Shown here one piece after another: positions 49,537 to 62,569 of a DNA stretch of 64,000 nucleotides. The stretch spans positions 11,656,001-11,720,000 of the forward strand of contig JBHGNT010000009.1 in assembly GCA_043228905.1 (NCBI GenBank), written 5' to 3'. The translations under genes and the position numbers were made by a program. How positions within the stretch are numbered: the stretch's first letter is position 1; every line of letters starts with the position of its first letter. Source of the DNA: Azolla caroliniana. Lineage: Eukaryota; Plantae; Polypodiophyta. The notes under the pieces were generated by a model that saw nothing but the letters and a program-made list of their open reading frames with translations, made no database searches and was not told the origin of the DNA.

Positions 49537-52500
49537 CTATTCAGGACTAGTTGGCAACTCTTTTGCTGAATCCATCACATGGGTTTGTAGCACGGGCCTT
49601 ACAATACGCATGTTGCTGTCAACCAATTGAAATTCATACATAACTCTATCATTGTTGCTCCCTTGTATCCTCAATAAATTATGAGGCCATTTCACTCCAA
49701 ACTGTGAGAAAGAAATTGGTATTGACACTTCCCCAAACAAATCCTTCAGCCTTTCTTGTGCCTTTAAATTTGAGATTTGCAAATCAGTTCGAACAGATTG
49801 TAGTGATGGAGGTTCCTGTAGAACTGTGGCAACCAAATCGGCAGCATTCTTTGCCTTCAAGATTTCAAAACTCCAAATTAGTCATCATGACCATGACGAC
49901 AAAAGAATGAAAAAACAGATTAAATTAACACCCACATTTGACTTCTCTCACATCAAACTAAAATGCATGCAACTGTCACTGAAAATCTTTACATAACAAC
50001 CTCGTGCTTTTAAATAGATGTATTTTCAGAAAGAGAAAAACACATTTAATAACATCAGTGAGAAATGTGACATTTAGTATCAACGTCCTTGGCATGGAGG
50101 TTATTTAGGACTAGAAACAAATGGTTTATCAGTGCAGTTTTAACTCACAAAATTCTTCAGTTTTAACGTCCTAAAAGCATAAGTATAACTTTCTGTGTAG
50201 AAAATGATCCAGTAGAATTTATTCAATGATAATTCAAGTAGTTAAAACACATTGTGTGTGCCAGTTGTGTTAATCTAAACGTAAGAACTCAAAGATTTTG
50301 ATTATCTTAATCATGTAATGCTCCTATCTACTCTTGTTACAACCTCTTCCAAGGACAGAATATAGGCTTTTGCTTACTTTGGGTTTATATTAAAGATGTA
50401 GCATATCAATATCTTTACAGCAGCAGATGTCAATTGAACCAACTAGAAATGGGGTCAATTTGTCTACAATTAGGATGTTTTCATCACAATGCTGACCATT
50501 CAGATTAGGTAATGTTAAGCCTTATTCAAGCAGACATATAACGTGGTATCAATACATTTGGGTACAACTCTATATCCAAAAGATTGGATGACACCAAGGA
50601 TACCCCTCCCCAGAAACAAGGCCTAACACAAAGATCATTCATGACCTTCTTGAAGGATGGATTCATACAGAGATTGAGATATATGGATGTCTATATGCAA
50701 TAGGCCAACAACTATAAGGTTCCTCTCACCAGCTCGAGACCAAAGCAAGACGAGGACATCACGTACCTAGAGCCAAAAGATTTTGCAAGTTATGCAAAGG
50801 AGAAGTGAAAGAGCAATGAGCCTTCATGTTCAGGTACCTAGCTTTAAATCACATCAAATACAGAAGGCTCATCTTCTTTGCTGACTTCACCACCATTCGA
50901 TAAATGATCGAGAAGGCTGACCCATGACACTTTGGCCAAAGTTTGCTCAAGATTCAAAAGCATACGGATCAACTCTCAGATTATACCACACGACAACAGA
51001 GACCATATATACCAAGATGCAGACACATGAACCATAACAGCACCAGATCATAGAGAGAATTTCTGAACACGTCCAATATGCCCGAGGACATGCAGATGCA
51101 CTCATTAAAATTACTTGTAGCCTCATTCCACTGCACGCAGAACCCTCAGATACCATATCTCTCACCCCTAATACCAATATATTAGTTATGCATTTCTTGC
51201 TTGTAAAACACCTCAAAAACAGTTCCACCATATACATAAGATCATTTCATGAATCTTTTCAAAACTTAGAGTTTTTATTTTTGTTTCAATACTTAGACAC
51301 AGAAGAGAAGCAAACACCTAGTGAAATAGGCAGTTTAGACTGGGATAAACTGCCAGAATGGGAGATCCCCAAAGAATGTATTTATACCCCCAAAGATCTT
51401 CACCACCCAGAATTAAAGCTTTCAATAGGATTAATGTTCAACCACATCAAGTTACTCCGTCATATGACAGATCAGAAGCAGAGGAGGAAGTTAATGCCAA
51501 CAACTCTTAAAACTGAAGATACACCAACCTGCATGTAGGTTTGCAGGACAATAGGCCAGAGAGATTGAGAACCACAAGATAGGCTATATCCTAGCTAAGT
51601 TAATTGACCTTGGGGTAGAGGACGTACTCAAACTCAATCCAAAACCCATAACATACTCCATCGAGTAAAAGGTGCACTACAAGCAATGTACGTAGAACCA
51701 GTGATGATTTTCATCAATATTTGTAATCATGATTTGTCTTATTGGCCAATTTCAGCCTCGAGTAGATGCAAATGCATCTTTTTATCTCTCTTTTCTCAGT
51801 TTACTATCCCAATGGTGCTAAGAATGCCTAAAAGTGGAGAATTCTAAAGGGTCAAATCAAGCATATAATACATTCTATAGATAATTGCCAACGCAAGTAA
51901 TATCACCTTTCTTCTTCTTTCTCCCTCGAGTAGATGCAAATGCATCTTTTTATATCTCTTCTCTCAGTTTACTATCCCAATGGTGCTGAGAATACCTAAA
52001 AGTGGAGAATTGTAAAGGGTCAAATCAAGCATATAATACATTCTATAGATAATTGCCAACGCAAGTAATATCACCTTTCTTCTTCTTTCTCCCTAGTTAC
52101 ATCAAGAGATTGGGTGGCTCAGGAACTTTGATAAAAATGGAACTCACAACAGTGTGCACCATTCAAGCATGGGTAACAAGAACCAAACAGGGAGGTTCTC
52201 ATTGTTTCTATGTTCAAATGCAAACAATGGCATAAATATAAATTCACATGGACATGATCAAGGTAAAAAGAATGAAGTGATCCAAACTGATCACATGGAT
52301 TTAGATAATAAAAGAACATGAAGTGATCCAAACTAGCACAGTCATAAAACCCTAAACAAATTCGCTAAGATATAATATAAAAGTAAACAGGAAGCAAGAA
52401 AATACAATAGTAAATATATACTCAAAAACTGAACAAAGATTTTAAATTACAAATAAAGATGGAAAAAAGGATTCCTACCAGACGAACTGTTTTAGCCAAA

Positions 52501-52845
52501 GTAGCTTTGCTAAGTGGAACTATAGAAAACCTGAAATATAAAAGTGAATTAAATCTAAAAGGACAAAGTTAAAAATATAAAACCCCAAATTTTGAATGGC
52601 ATACACACATTCCTCTGCCTCCTAAATGTGCAACCGCAACAGGATCCCTCCACTCATCATAACTGGAAAAAAGAGATGAAGAAGAAGGTAGGTATGTATG
52701 TATCGTAAAGAACAGAACAGGCAGAAAGAAATTAAGTAGAAAAACAGGGAGAGGGGGTGGAAGGGGGGGTTTTTTTTGCTTACACCCAACCATAGCGACT
52801 ATCAAAAATGAGTTGCTTCTTCTTCTGAGGTATCATCATCATCAT
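49537..52845 (-). CDS. Four-exon gene for a 161-aa plant protein of unknown function (exons 52845-52784, 52662-52609, 52530-52479, 49854-49537)
   Basis: GT-AG introns with phases 2, 2 and 0 give one frame: MMMMIPQKKKQLIFDSRYGWV-YDEWRDPVAVAHLGGRGM-FSIVPLSKATLAKTVRL-AKNAADLVATVLQEPP...TSPE*. The N-terminus resembles, from memory, an uncharacterised land-plant family (FDRRYGW..DEW..P...AL.GGRGMF). Confidence 0.8.
51756..52094. repeat. Two-copy 168-bp tandem duplication in intron 3 of the minus-strand gene
   Basis: cctcgagtagatgcaaatgcatc...ttcttctttctccct starts at 51756 and again at 51924. Confidence 0.92.
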
Positions 52846-53058
52846 TACGTAAGCTTTGGGGGGGGGAGACGGACTTTCGTCTTCTTCTGCTTCTTTGTTT
52901 TATCCCCTCTTCTCGAGAGATAGGTTTTTGAGTTAGTTTATGTATGCTGTTTTCCTTACATTGGCCTTGAGTTGTGCGTGTACATGTACATGTATTTATG
53001 TTATGTACATGATTTATATACGTACATATGTGTACATGTACATGCATGTGAGAAGGCG

Positions 53059-56000
53059 GTGTCTAAATACCTCCAAAAATTGAAGAGGGCAAGTGAGGGA
53101 ATCGCGGAGAGGGACGGTGCAGGTAGCTCAGCCGAGGGCACATGCGATTTGCACCGTCCGATGTGGGGAAAAAAACGCGCGAAGAAATCGTCACTTACTG
53201 GGGAGCCCGACTAGGAGCCCCGCTGTCTGACAACCTCTGTAACTAGGAGCCCGACTCTGTCAAAAGGAGCCCGACTCTATCAAAAGGAGCCCCAATCATT
53301 ATTAATGAGCACTGATTATTTAAACCCTAAATCACTCATTTTGAACCTATTTTGAAAAGAGAGTTTTAGGGTATTTGGAGGGAAGAATCAAAGAGGAGCA
53401 CCACTTTCCACCAAAATCAGAGAGGCGCACCACTTTCCGCCAAAATCTGAGAGGAGCACCACTTTCTTCTAGCGAGCACTTCCCAACCACCTACATTCGA
53501 TCTGCAAAATGAAGGCAATAAAAGGTATATGTTTTCATGGCTATTTTTATTTTTTACATCGTTTAGGGTTTCTTTTCATTTACATTTTGATCACATGGTT
53601 CCATATTCTAACATGGTGAGAGACTTAGTTGTTCCATTTTTCAAATGTATCATATAAATGCATTGTAACAGTTATAATTTCAGCATCAATATGACGAAAT
53701 GTTGAGGAGGAGCCCAATAGTCTATTGTGACCCGTTGAATAATCCATCGACGGTTAACTTGAAGACATTGGGTGATTTGGTGATAAGTCATATCTCTATT
53801 GTTGCACCCGGCCATTGCATCATTAGCGATGAGCGGCATCATGTATTGCATATCCTGACCCAACCCAATGGGACAGATTGTGGGTTTTACGTGATGCTTA
53901 CAATTTGGATGATGGTTGAGGAGTTCATTCAAGGAATCTTCGATTCAACAGATTTTGTAAGTATGGCCCAAGTATTGAATAATGGTATTTGTTATTGTAA
54001 GAGCTACAACAAATGTGTGCATTGGTGTAGGGTAAGGAGCGATGGTTCGGATTTGAAGATGTGGAGCTCCTTCGAAAACGTTGGCAAAATGGGCACGCCG
54101 GATTTTGGGCTTTCCCATATATTAACCGGAGGAAATGTTATACTTTGTAACATAAAATATATGATATCGGTGTATTATCAAGCTTTTTTGTAACAATGCT
54201 GTAAATCTTTTTAGTACGTTGGAACCAAGGCTGCCAACCTTTTTTGCATATTGTAACCAAGGCAACTTGAATGATCGTGGCATGTTGTAAATGGTTGATT
54301 TTGCAATATGGCATCTATACGTCTTGTGTATCTTCTTTTTGCCTCTTATTTGTAACATGGATGTAAAGCTTGTTTATATGAAATTGTTTGTATATAGGCT
54401 AATGAGTTTTGATTTTGTTCAGAGGATGGAGTTTTGATTTTTCGGTTTTTGTATGCAATGGATTTTGTTTAGAGGATATGATTAATTGACAACATGAGTA
54501 ATGCAATGAAATTACTTATGATACACTCTTATGCCAATGGATTTACTTATGATCTACTCTAAGGGTGATGATCTACTTCTGTATAACCAAAAGTGATGAT
54601 GATGTATATGGATTTTGTAATATCAAAATCAATATTTGAATCTCATTTTGGTTGTATCTGACTCAATGTGGAGTCAAATCTGTTTTATAGTTCTATTTGG
54701 TGTTCTTTGATAGGAAAGTCCAATAACTTGTGCCTTCATATATTTGCCTTTATTAAACATTAAACTGAGTAAGATCTTGAGGAGTTTGAGACATTGGATT
54801 AAGCCTTCTATTTGGTTATCACTTTACTGTACTTAGTCCATGATACATCTTGTTAATATAGTCTCAAAGGTTATCAATCTCTATGCATAAAAAATGCCAC
54901 TAGATCTCCAATGACATTAAGTTTCAAGTTTCAAATAAGGGTTAATGTTGAAAATTCTATTTGAAATCCTCAAAAATCATTATGTTGTATGTATATTTTT
55001 TTTACACAAGTTTGTATCTATGAACTAAAACTACATATTGGGGCATCTTTATATGACACCTTTTTGCTCATTTTTTCTCACATTGTTATATTTCTTTGTG
55101 AAGCGAACATAAATCACAACTTTGTTATGTTATGTTATACATGTAGCTGCACTGAAAATGCCATCATGGTAATATCTCAATGTTCTTATATGAATAGCCA
55201 TTGATTTATTATATGGATTTTGGGTGTGTTAAACCAAGGATTTTCTGTTCAATGCTCAAAAAGGGTCAAAATTCAATCTTATAGACAATCCTACAAGAAT
55301 ACTAATATATGAGTTCAATACATGCTAAACTTGTCCTATTATCATGAGATATTGTAGTTGGGTAATGGTATAAAAGAATGAAACACTTCTATTGAATTCA
55401 GGTGTTAAGAGAGAATGGAGTAGAATAGAATCTATTCTTATTTTCCATTCAGCAAATTCCGATCTATGGGAGCAATTAAACATGTCATCATCATATATGT
55501 GATCCCTTGTGAAGGGGGTTTGCTATTTTGTAGTTAAAAATTGTGTGAAGGTAATTAATGTGCTTATATGCTCATCCTTCTTGGTGGGATTTGAGTATCA
55601 TGCTTCTCTAGTACGGCATCATACTTATTGCATCCGATGAGAATGATATTCACCATCCACAAGGTTTTCTATGCATACCTTGTATATATTCAAAATTGGG
55701 TAGTATTATATTGATACTGGTACTCTAGAGGGATGTATGTATGGAAATTTATTTTTACACCCTAATATGGAATCTTTCATGTGGAATTGAAATGTTATAG
55801 GTGCCATTGTTTTTTGTACTCTTTAGTAGTTGTTTGCTATGTCTATTTAACCTTGGAAATTCCAAGTGGTGTCCAATGCTTCCTACAAGTTTGAAAATGT
55901 GAATGTGTTATTGTGTCATTTCGTCTTCTGTTGATTGATGATCCATAGGTAGTAGTAATTCATGGTAGAAAGTCAAAGAACCAAGAAAATGCCAAAATTA

Positions 56001-56893
56001 TGAAAGCTAACTTTACATGGAACATGAGTGAATGAGTGAGTTTGAAAATGTGAATGTGTCATTGTGTCATTTCTTCTTGTTTTGGCTCATGATCCATAGG
56101 TAGAGTATTCCATGGTATAAAAAGTCAAAGAATAAAGAAAAAGCCCAAATTACGAGAGTTAACTTTACTTGGAACATGAGTGAGTTGCATATTAAAGTGA
56201 CAATCAACATAGCCCAAATGGTAAGAGCTAATTTTACTTAAACAAAGGTGTTAAGGGCAGGATGCGGATTAGAAGGATCATAGGGTAAAAGATCTACAAT
56301 TGCAAAAGACACGAATTCATCATGTTATAACTTGTAAAGACGAGAATTCAATACCACTATTACGACCCTTAAATGTAAATGAAGTGTAAAGTGACTAACC
56401 AAATGTTGAAACCCTAATAAAGAAAGTAATTGAAGAAGAAAAAAAACCAAAGATAAAGAATTAAAAAAGAAGAATAATTTGAACCATAAACCTAGCAAAA
56501 TTTAAGAATAACTCTAACCAATACCCTATTCATTTTTATTTTATTATATTGCTATTTTATTCATTATTACTTTTATTCTTTTGAGAGTCGGGCTCCAACC
56601 CAAAGTTGGTCGGGCTCCTAGTGACAAAGGTTGTCAGACAGCGAGGCTCCTTATGACAGAGTTGGGCTCCTGGTGATAGAGGCTATAAGACAACGGGGCT
56701 CCTTATGACAGAGTCGGGCTCCTGATGGCAGAGGTTGTCAGAGAGTCGGGCTCCTGGTGACAGACGTTGTTAGCTTTTTATCCAGATTGGACGGTGGAGA
56801 TCGCACGCGCCATCAGTTGAGCGACCTGCACCGTCTATGCCCGCGATTCCCTCACTTGCCCTCTTTAATTTTTGGTAGTAGTTAGTCACGAGC
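53059..56893. mobile_element. Non-autonomous Mutator-like DNA transposon with long TIRs
   Basis: Imperfect TIRs of about 115 bp (ccaaaaatt.aagagggcaagtgagggaatcgcgg...gacggtgcaggt.gctca), inverted subterminal GGAGCCCGACT repeats at both ends, and a flanking direct repeat (G/A)AGAAGGCG at 53050-53058 and 56894-56902. No transposase recognised. Confidence 0.8.
53684..53956 (+). pseudogene. Ulp1/peptidase C48-like exon fragment inside the TIR element
   Basis: Bounded by TTTCAG| and |GTAAGT. Encodes IVYCDPLN and QPNGTDCGFYV, resembling the i.yyDsl and Q.N..DCG.yv motifs of Ulp1-family proteases. Confidence 0.6.
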
Positions 56894-57479
56894 AAGAAGG
56901 CGCAATGTGTGTTTATTTTGTGTATGATTAAGAATGCACATACATACATATGTTTATGTTGGTGTGTGTAGACATATAAGTGTAGTTAAAATGCTTGTAT
57001 TTTCATGTGAAAAAAATATATAGTGTTTTAATCTATGTATGTGTGTGTGTGTGGAGGTACATAATGCGATGAGGTCCTTTATTGCAACAAAACTACATAC
57101 TCCTATGCATAGAATGAACCATATGTATCATACGTGCATTCGCATTCGAGAATGATTCAATCAAATGTGTATGGTAAATCATCTCAAAGTTGGATTGGAT
57201 TGACTATGGTTTATATTATATATTGATTCACTCTCAATCTCAATAAGTGGACTCTAATTCATTGTGAACCACCAACCGAAGTATGGTTGCAATATTTGCA
57301 TTGTATCACATGCATACTTTTGGGATGCTTCGTAAGAATGAAGACATCTCTATCATCCTCACTTTAGAACTTTACAAAAAAATGAGTATGAACTATAGAG
57401 ATTGAATCAAAATATGTCATTATAAATTATAATCAAACGTTCAAAAACTCATAAAACGTATATTCGAGAATATGAAGAA

Positions 57480-57815
57480 AACATGACATAGGCAATAGTA
57501 GCATAACTTACCACTAGGGTGAGCTAATTTCTAATAACAAAGAAAGAAAGAAAAAGAAGAAAAAGGAACATAACACTACCATGACAATATGAGAAAGTTA
57601 GGAATTGAACCCAAGACACAAGTAATAGTAGCATGGCAACTTACCACTAGGTTGTGCTTAATTCTAATGATATGAAAAGAGGAAAAAAAACTATTATAAC
57701 ATAAATAAAATTTTGCTATGGCATGGTACTAATGAGAGAGAGAGATGAGAAAACTAGGAATTGAACCCAAGATATAGACAACAACAACATGACTCCTTAC
57801 CACTAGGGTGAGCTA
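57480..57815 (-). repeat. Two and a half degenerate tRNA-like (SINE-head-like) units
   Basis: On the minus strand, CCTAGTGGTAAG (A-box-like) is followed about 30 nt later by GGGTTCAATTCC (B box) at about 57596-57660 and 57754-57815. A partial unit lies at about 57480-57525. Confidence 0.45.
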
Positions 57816-58764
57816 AACTTATGATAATAATCACTGAAAAAATAAAATAAGGACCATATATTTTTCCCTTTTCAAACGTTCGTTTTCAAACGTTTGATGC
57901 TTGCACGAACACGAATATTACGTTCTATGCTCATATGCACTAGTCCTATGTCAAGCAACAAGTGGATTTTCCTTCTTCTAATATTTGTTGTCTAGAAGCC
58001 CTGCGCCATAGAGCTCCTTGACTTTCACTTTTGTTGGCCATTCACACGATGGCTCACCATGTGAACTCATGTCGACTGAACTCGTTGAGTAACAAAGTGT
58101 AAGCGCACCATGAGAGCACACTTTGACTTCTCTCATCTAGGTTTACATAGAAAAATAAAAGTGTTTGTTTCTATAAATACAAAGTAGACAATTCGTTGTT
58201 AAAGTGATAATGTTAGAAGGCACATAAATGAGTGTGAGGTTACCAAGTGGCTCCTTGGGACCTTCACAAGATAATGACTTTTCTTGTTCCATCAAAGAAT
58301 GAGTTTGTTTTTTTGCAGTGAGCATATACAAGACTTCTCTTGTGTTAAGCCTTTGCATGAGAGACAAATAGAAATAGTTTTGAATTTAAGTATAGAAATT
58401 TTAATAAATAGGAAAAAAACAATTGGAAGCTTACTTGAACTTTTGTGGTTTACGTAGATAAATATAGTGGCAAAGTGGTTATAAAACCCACAATTTTATG
58501 AGTGGAAATCGATGCAGTTGACATGATTTACCCAATATTTTGAGATGATGTAACCCTTTGCATAGGGTGAAAAGAAAATAGATAAGATAAGGTTGGAGTG
58601 ACATCCTTGATTTAGCATAGCTAGTATATGATCAACAACCATGACACATTAATGATTGTAGGCCTTCCGAGAAGCCTTGTGATTCCTTTCCCCTTGGTAT
58701 TTGGTTTGTAATCAAACTCTATCCTTTGGACTTTCCAAAAATTACAATATTCAAAATAAACTCT

Positions 58765-61453
58765 CATTCTCATTTTATAGCGTCCAAGATCTCTCTTGTT
58801 AGATAAATATAGGAACTCGCAATTTGGAACGCATTATCTTCTTCTTTTCCTTTCCCTTCCAATGTTTGCTTGATTAGAATCTAAAACTTCTATAAAGCTT
58901 GAACTTTTCATGGTTTCATTCCTGTCTACTCATGGTACAGTCTGTCATTGAACCATGAACGTTAGGAGTTCCAAAACGTTGAACCTTCACAATGACCTGT
59001 CCTCAATTTATGGCTTACAAGATCTCTCTTGCTAAATAAAAATAGCAACTCTTTGTTTGAACTTTTCATGGTTTCATTCCTGTCTCCTCAGGGTTCAGTT
59101 TGTCATTGAACCATGAATGTTAGAAGTTCCAACACTTGGAACCTTCACAATGACCTGTCCTCATTTTATAGCTTAAAAGATCTCTCTTGCTAAATAAAAA
59201 GAGAAAGTCTTTGTTTGAACTTTTCATGGTTTTATTCTTTTCTACGTAGGGTTCAATTTGTCATTGAAGCATGAATGTTAGGAGATCCAAAACTTGGAAT
59301 CTTGACAATGGCCTGTCCTCATTTTATAGCTTACAAGATCTCTCTTGCCAAATAAAAATAGGAACCCTTTGTTTGAACTTTTCATGGTTTTATTCATGTC
59401 CATGCAGGGTTCAGTTTGTCATTGAACCATGAACATTAGGAGTTCAAAAACTTGGATTCTTTACAATGACCTATCTTCATTTTATAGGTCACAAGATCTC
59501 TTTTGCTAAATAAAAATTGGAAATCTTTGTTTGAACTTTTCATGGTTTTATTTCTGTCTACGCAGGGTTTAGTTTGTCGTTGAACCATGAACGTTAGGAG
59601 TTCCAAAACTTGGAACCTTCACAATGACATGTCCTCATTTTATAGCTTACAAGATCTCATTTGCTAAATAAAAATAGGAACTCTTTGTTTGAACTTTTCA
59701 TGGTTTCATTCCTGTCTGCTCAGGGTTCAGTTTGTCATTGAACCATGAACGTTAGGAGTTCCAAAACTTGGAACCTTCACAACAACCTTTCCTGATTTTA
59801 TGGTTTACAATATCTCTCTTGCTAAATAAAAATAGAAACTCCTGGTTTGAACTTTTCATGCTTTCATTCCTGTCTCCTCAGGGTTCAGTTTGTCATTGAA
59901 CCATGAACGTTAGGAGTTCCAAAACATGGAACCTTCACAATGACCTATCCTCATTTTATAGCTAAAAAGATCTATGTTGCTAAATAAAAATAGGAACTCT
60001 TTCTTTGAACTTTTCATGGTTTCATTCCTGTGTACGCAGGGTTCAATTTGTCATTGAAGTATGAACGTTAGGAGTTCCAAAACTTGGAATCTTCACAATG
60101 ACCTGTCCTCATTTTATATCTTACAAGATCTCTCTTGCTAAATAAAAATAGGTACTCTTTGTTTGAACTTTTCATGGTTTCATTCCTGTCTACGCATGGT
60201 TTAGTTTGTCATTGAACCATGAACGTTAGAAGTTCCAAAACTTGGAATCTTCAAAATGACCTGTCCTCATTTTATAGCTTACAAGATCTCGTTTGCTAAA
60301 TAAAAATAGGAAGTCTTTGTTTGAACTTTTCATGGTTTTATTCCTGTCTATGGAGGGTTTAGTTTGTCATTGAACCATGAATGATAGGAGTTCCAAAACT
60401 TGGAACCTTGATAATGAAATGTCCTCATTTTATGGTTTACAAGATCTCTCTTGCTAAATAAAAATAGAAACTTTTTGTTTGTCATTGAAGTATGAACGTT
60501 AGGAGTTCCCAAAACTTGAAACCTTCACAATGACCTATCCTCATTTTATGGCTTACAAGGTCTCTTTGCTAAATAAAAATAGGAACTCTTTGTTTGAACT
60601 TTTCATGCTTTCATTCCTGCGTACGCATGGTTCAGTTTGTCATTGAACCATGAATGTTAGCAGTTCCAAAACTTGGAACCTTCACAATCACATTTCCTCA
60701 TTTTATACTTTAAAACATCTCTCTTGATAAAAATAAATAGGAACTCTTTCTTTGAATTTTCATGGTTTTATTCCGGTCTACGCAGGGTTTAGTTTGTCTT
60801 TGAACCATGAACGTTAGTAGTTCCAAAACTTGGAACCTTCAAAAAGACCTGTCCTCATTTTATAGCTTAAAAACTCCCTCTTACTAAATAAAAATGGGAC
60901 CTCTTTGTTTGAACTTTTCATGGTTTCATTCTTGTCTACTCAAGGTTCAGTTTGTCTTTGAACCATGAACGTTAGCAGTTCCAAAACTTGGAACCTTCAA
61001 AATCACCTGTCCTCATTTTATAGCTTAAAAGATCTCGCTTGCTAAATAGAAATAGGACCTCTTTGTTTGAACTTTTCATGGTTTTATTCTTGTCTATGGA
61101 GGGTTCAGTTTGTCATTGAACCATGAACGTAAGGAATTAAAAAATGTGGAACCTTCACAAATAAATGACTTGTCCTTATTTTATGGCTTACAAGATCTCT
61201 CTTGCTAAATAAATATAGGAACTCTTGGTTTGAACTTTTCATGGTTTCATTCTTGTCTACTCAGGGTTCAACTTGTCATTGAACTATGAACGTTAGGAGT
61301 TCCAGAATTGGAACCTTCATAATGACCTGTCCTCATTTTATGGCTTACAAGATCTCTCTTGCTAAATAAGAATAGGAACTCTTTGTTTGAACTTTTCATG
61401 GTTTCATTCCTGTTTACTCACGGTTCAATTTTTCATTGAACTATGAACGTTAG
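58765..61453. repeat. Tandem satellite, 158-bp monomer, about 16-17 copies
   Basis: gaacttttcatgg recurs at 58901, 59059, 59217, 59375, 59533 and onward (period 158). One monomer has an internal deletion near 60480. Confidence 0.96.
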
Positions 61454-62149
61454 TTGATCGATTGTTGTTGTTTTCTGTGCGCTTTGTTCGTCTGTGTGAG
61501 AATGATCTTTGCTTTGTTTGCTTGTATATTCCTGTGCTTTTCTGTTATAGAGAAGGTAGCCACAATTTTTTTTGTGGAAAAGTGGTCCATATTTCGAGAG
61601 AGAACGTTATAAAATTAGGATTCTCGATTAATAGCTCTTTAATAGCCACCACTCGTAATCAATACCGAATCATTGTATGATTTACCATTCCAAGGCACAT
61701 GCGGTCGACCAGTACAAGTACAATTTACTCAATAAAGTTGCAACACCAATTCGAGAAATACTACCGCAAGACAACTTCTAGGAAGACCGGAATCGGTCGG
61801 GGCGCAGGTTTGAAGAGGATGATCGGCCTTGATATGATGATCACTATAGGTCAGATCATAAGCGGTGGGACGATAATCGACGTGATGATTATTGACGCAA
61901 TGATTGATATGATGATGCTCGAGCGGAAGAAGAACCAACATTGTTCGACATCTTGAACAAAGATGTAAGTGACGACGATGAAGTTGACGAACCTGAGGAG
62001 GTCCACGGCCAAGAGTAAAAGGTGGGGTTCGACCTTGCAAGGCACCGTCCCACCGGCGTGCCAAGTCTTAGCCGGTCGGCTACAAAGTGTCAGATGGTTG
62101 GAGTTGGACAAGTGTGACAAAGAGTCGGAGTCGGAGTCGGAGTCGACAA

Positions 62150-62566
62150 TGTGAACAATAGTCGGAAGTCGAAAGAGCAAGGACAAAATTAAATAGAATT
62201 AATATAATATCGTCAAGTAAAAAATATATAGTAAGTTGGTTAGAACAGTTTTGTTGTAATTCTTGCCGAAGAGGGCGAGCGTAATCTTGAAAGAGAGACT
62301 CTCGGATCACCAAAGGGACCCAGAGCATTGTAATGTTATTGTTCTATTTTGAGTAATATAAGTTAGTAATTTAGTGTATCTGTTGTGTCAACTACATTGT
62401 GTTGCATCTTCTAACTGTTTTTGTGTCGAACATTCGAATACAATATCTGCTACCTAATTATATTGCAACAAATAGTCGATCATCAATGCATGTTAACCAT
62501 AATAACAATTCTTTGTGTATCAATCTCTGAGTATAGGACTAGTGGCTACTAGTCTATTTCCCTACA
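62150..62566 (+). repeat. Possible degenerate LTR
   Basis: LTR-like composition. Its end tagtctatttccctaca resembles the end of the 22385-22994 LTR (tagtctactcctctaca). The left boundary is uncertain. Confidence 0.3.
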
Positions 62567-62569
62567 ACA

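Noticed and set aside
50700-52210. Additional minus-strand exon-like segments within intron 3 of the unknown gene
   Set aside because: Splice-like signals exist, but exon 3 already joins exon 4 in frame and the segments show no recognisable coding signal.
57596-57815. Functional tRNA genes
   Set aside because: A and B boxes are present but acceptor and anticodon stems do not pair convincingly.
58765-61453. Possible CRISPR-like array
   Set aside because: Whole monomers repeat with no unique spacers, and the context is eukaryotic. It is a satellite.
61699-62154. Short ORFs next to the satellite
   Set aside because: Low-complexity GAT/GAC-rich sequence, probably decayed transposon. No assignable motif.
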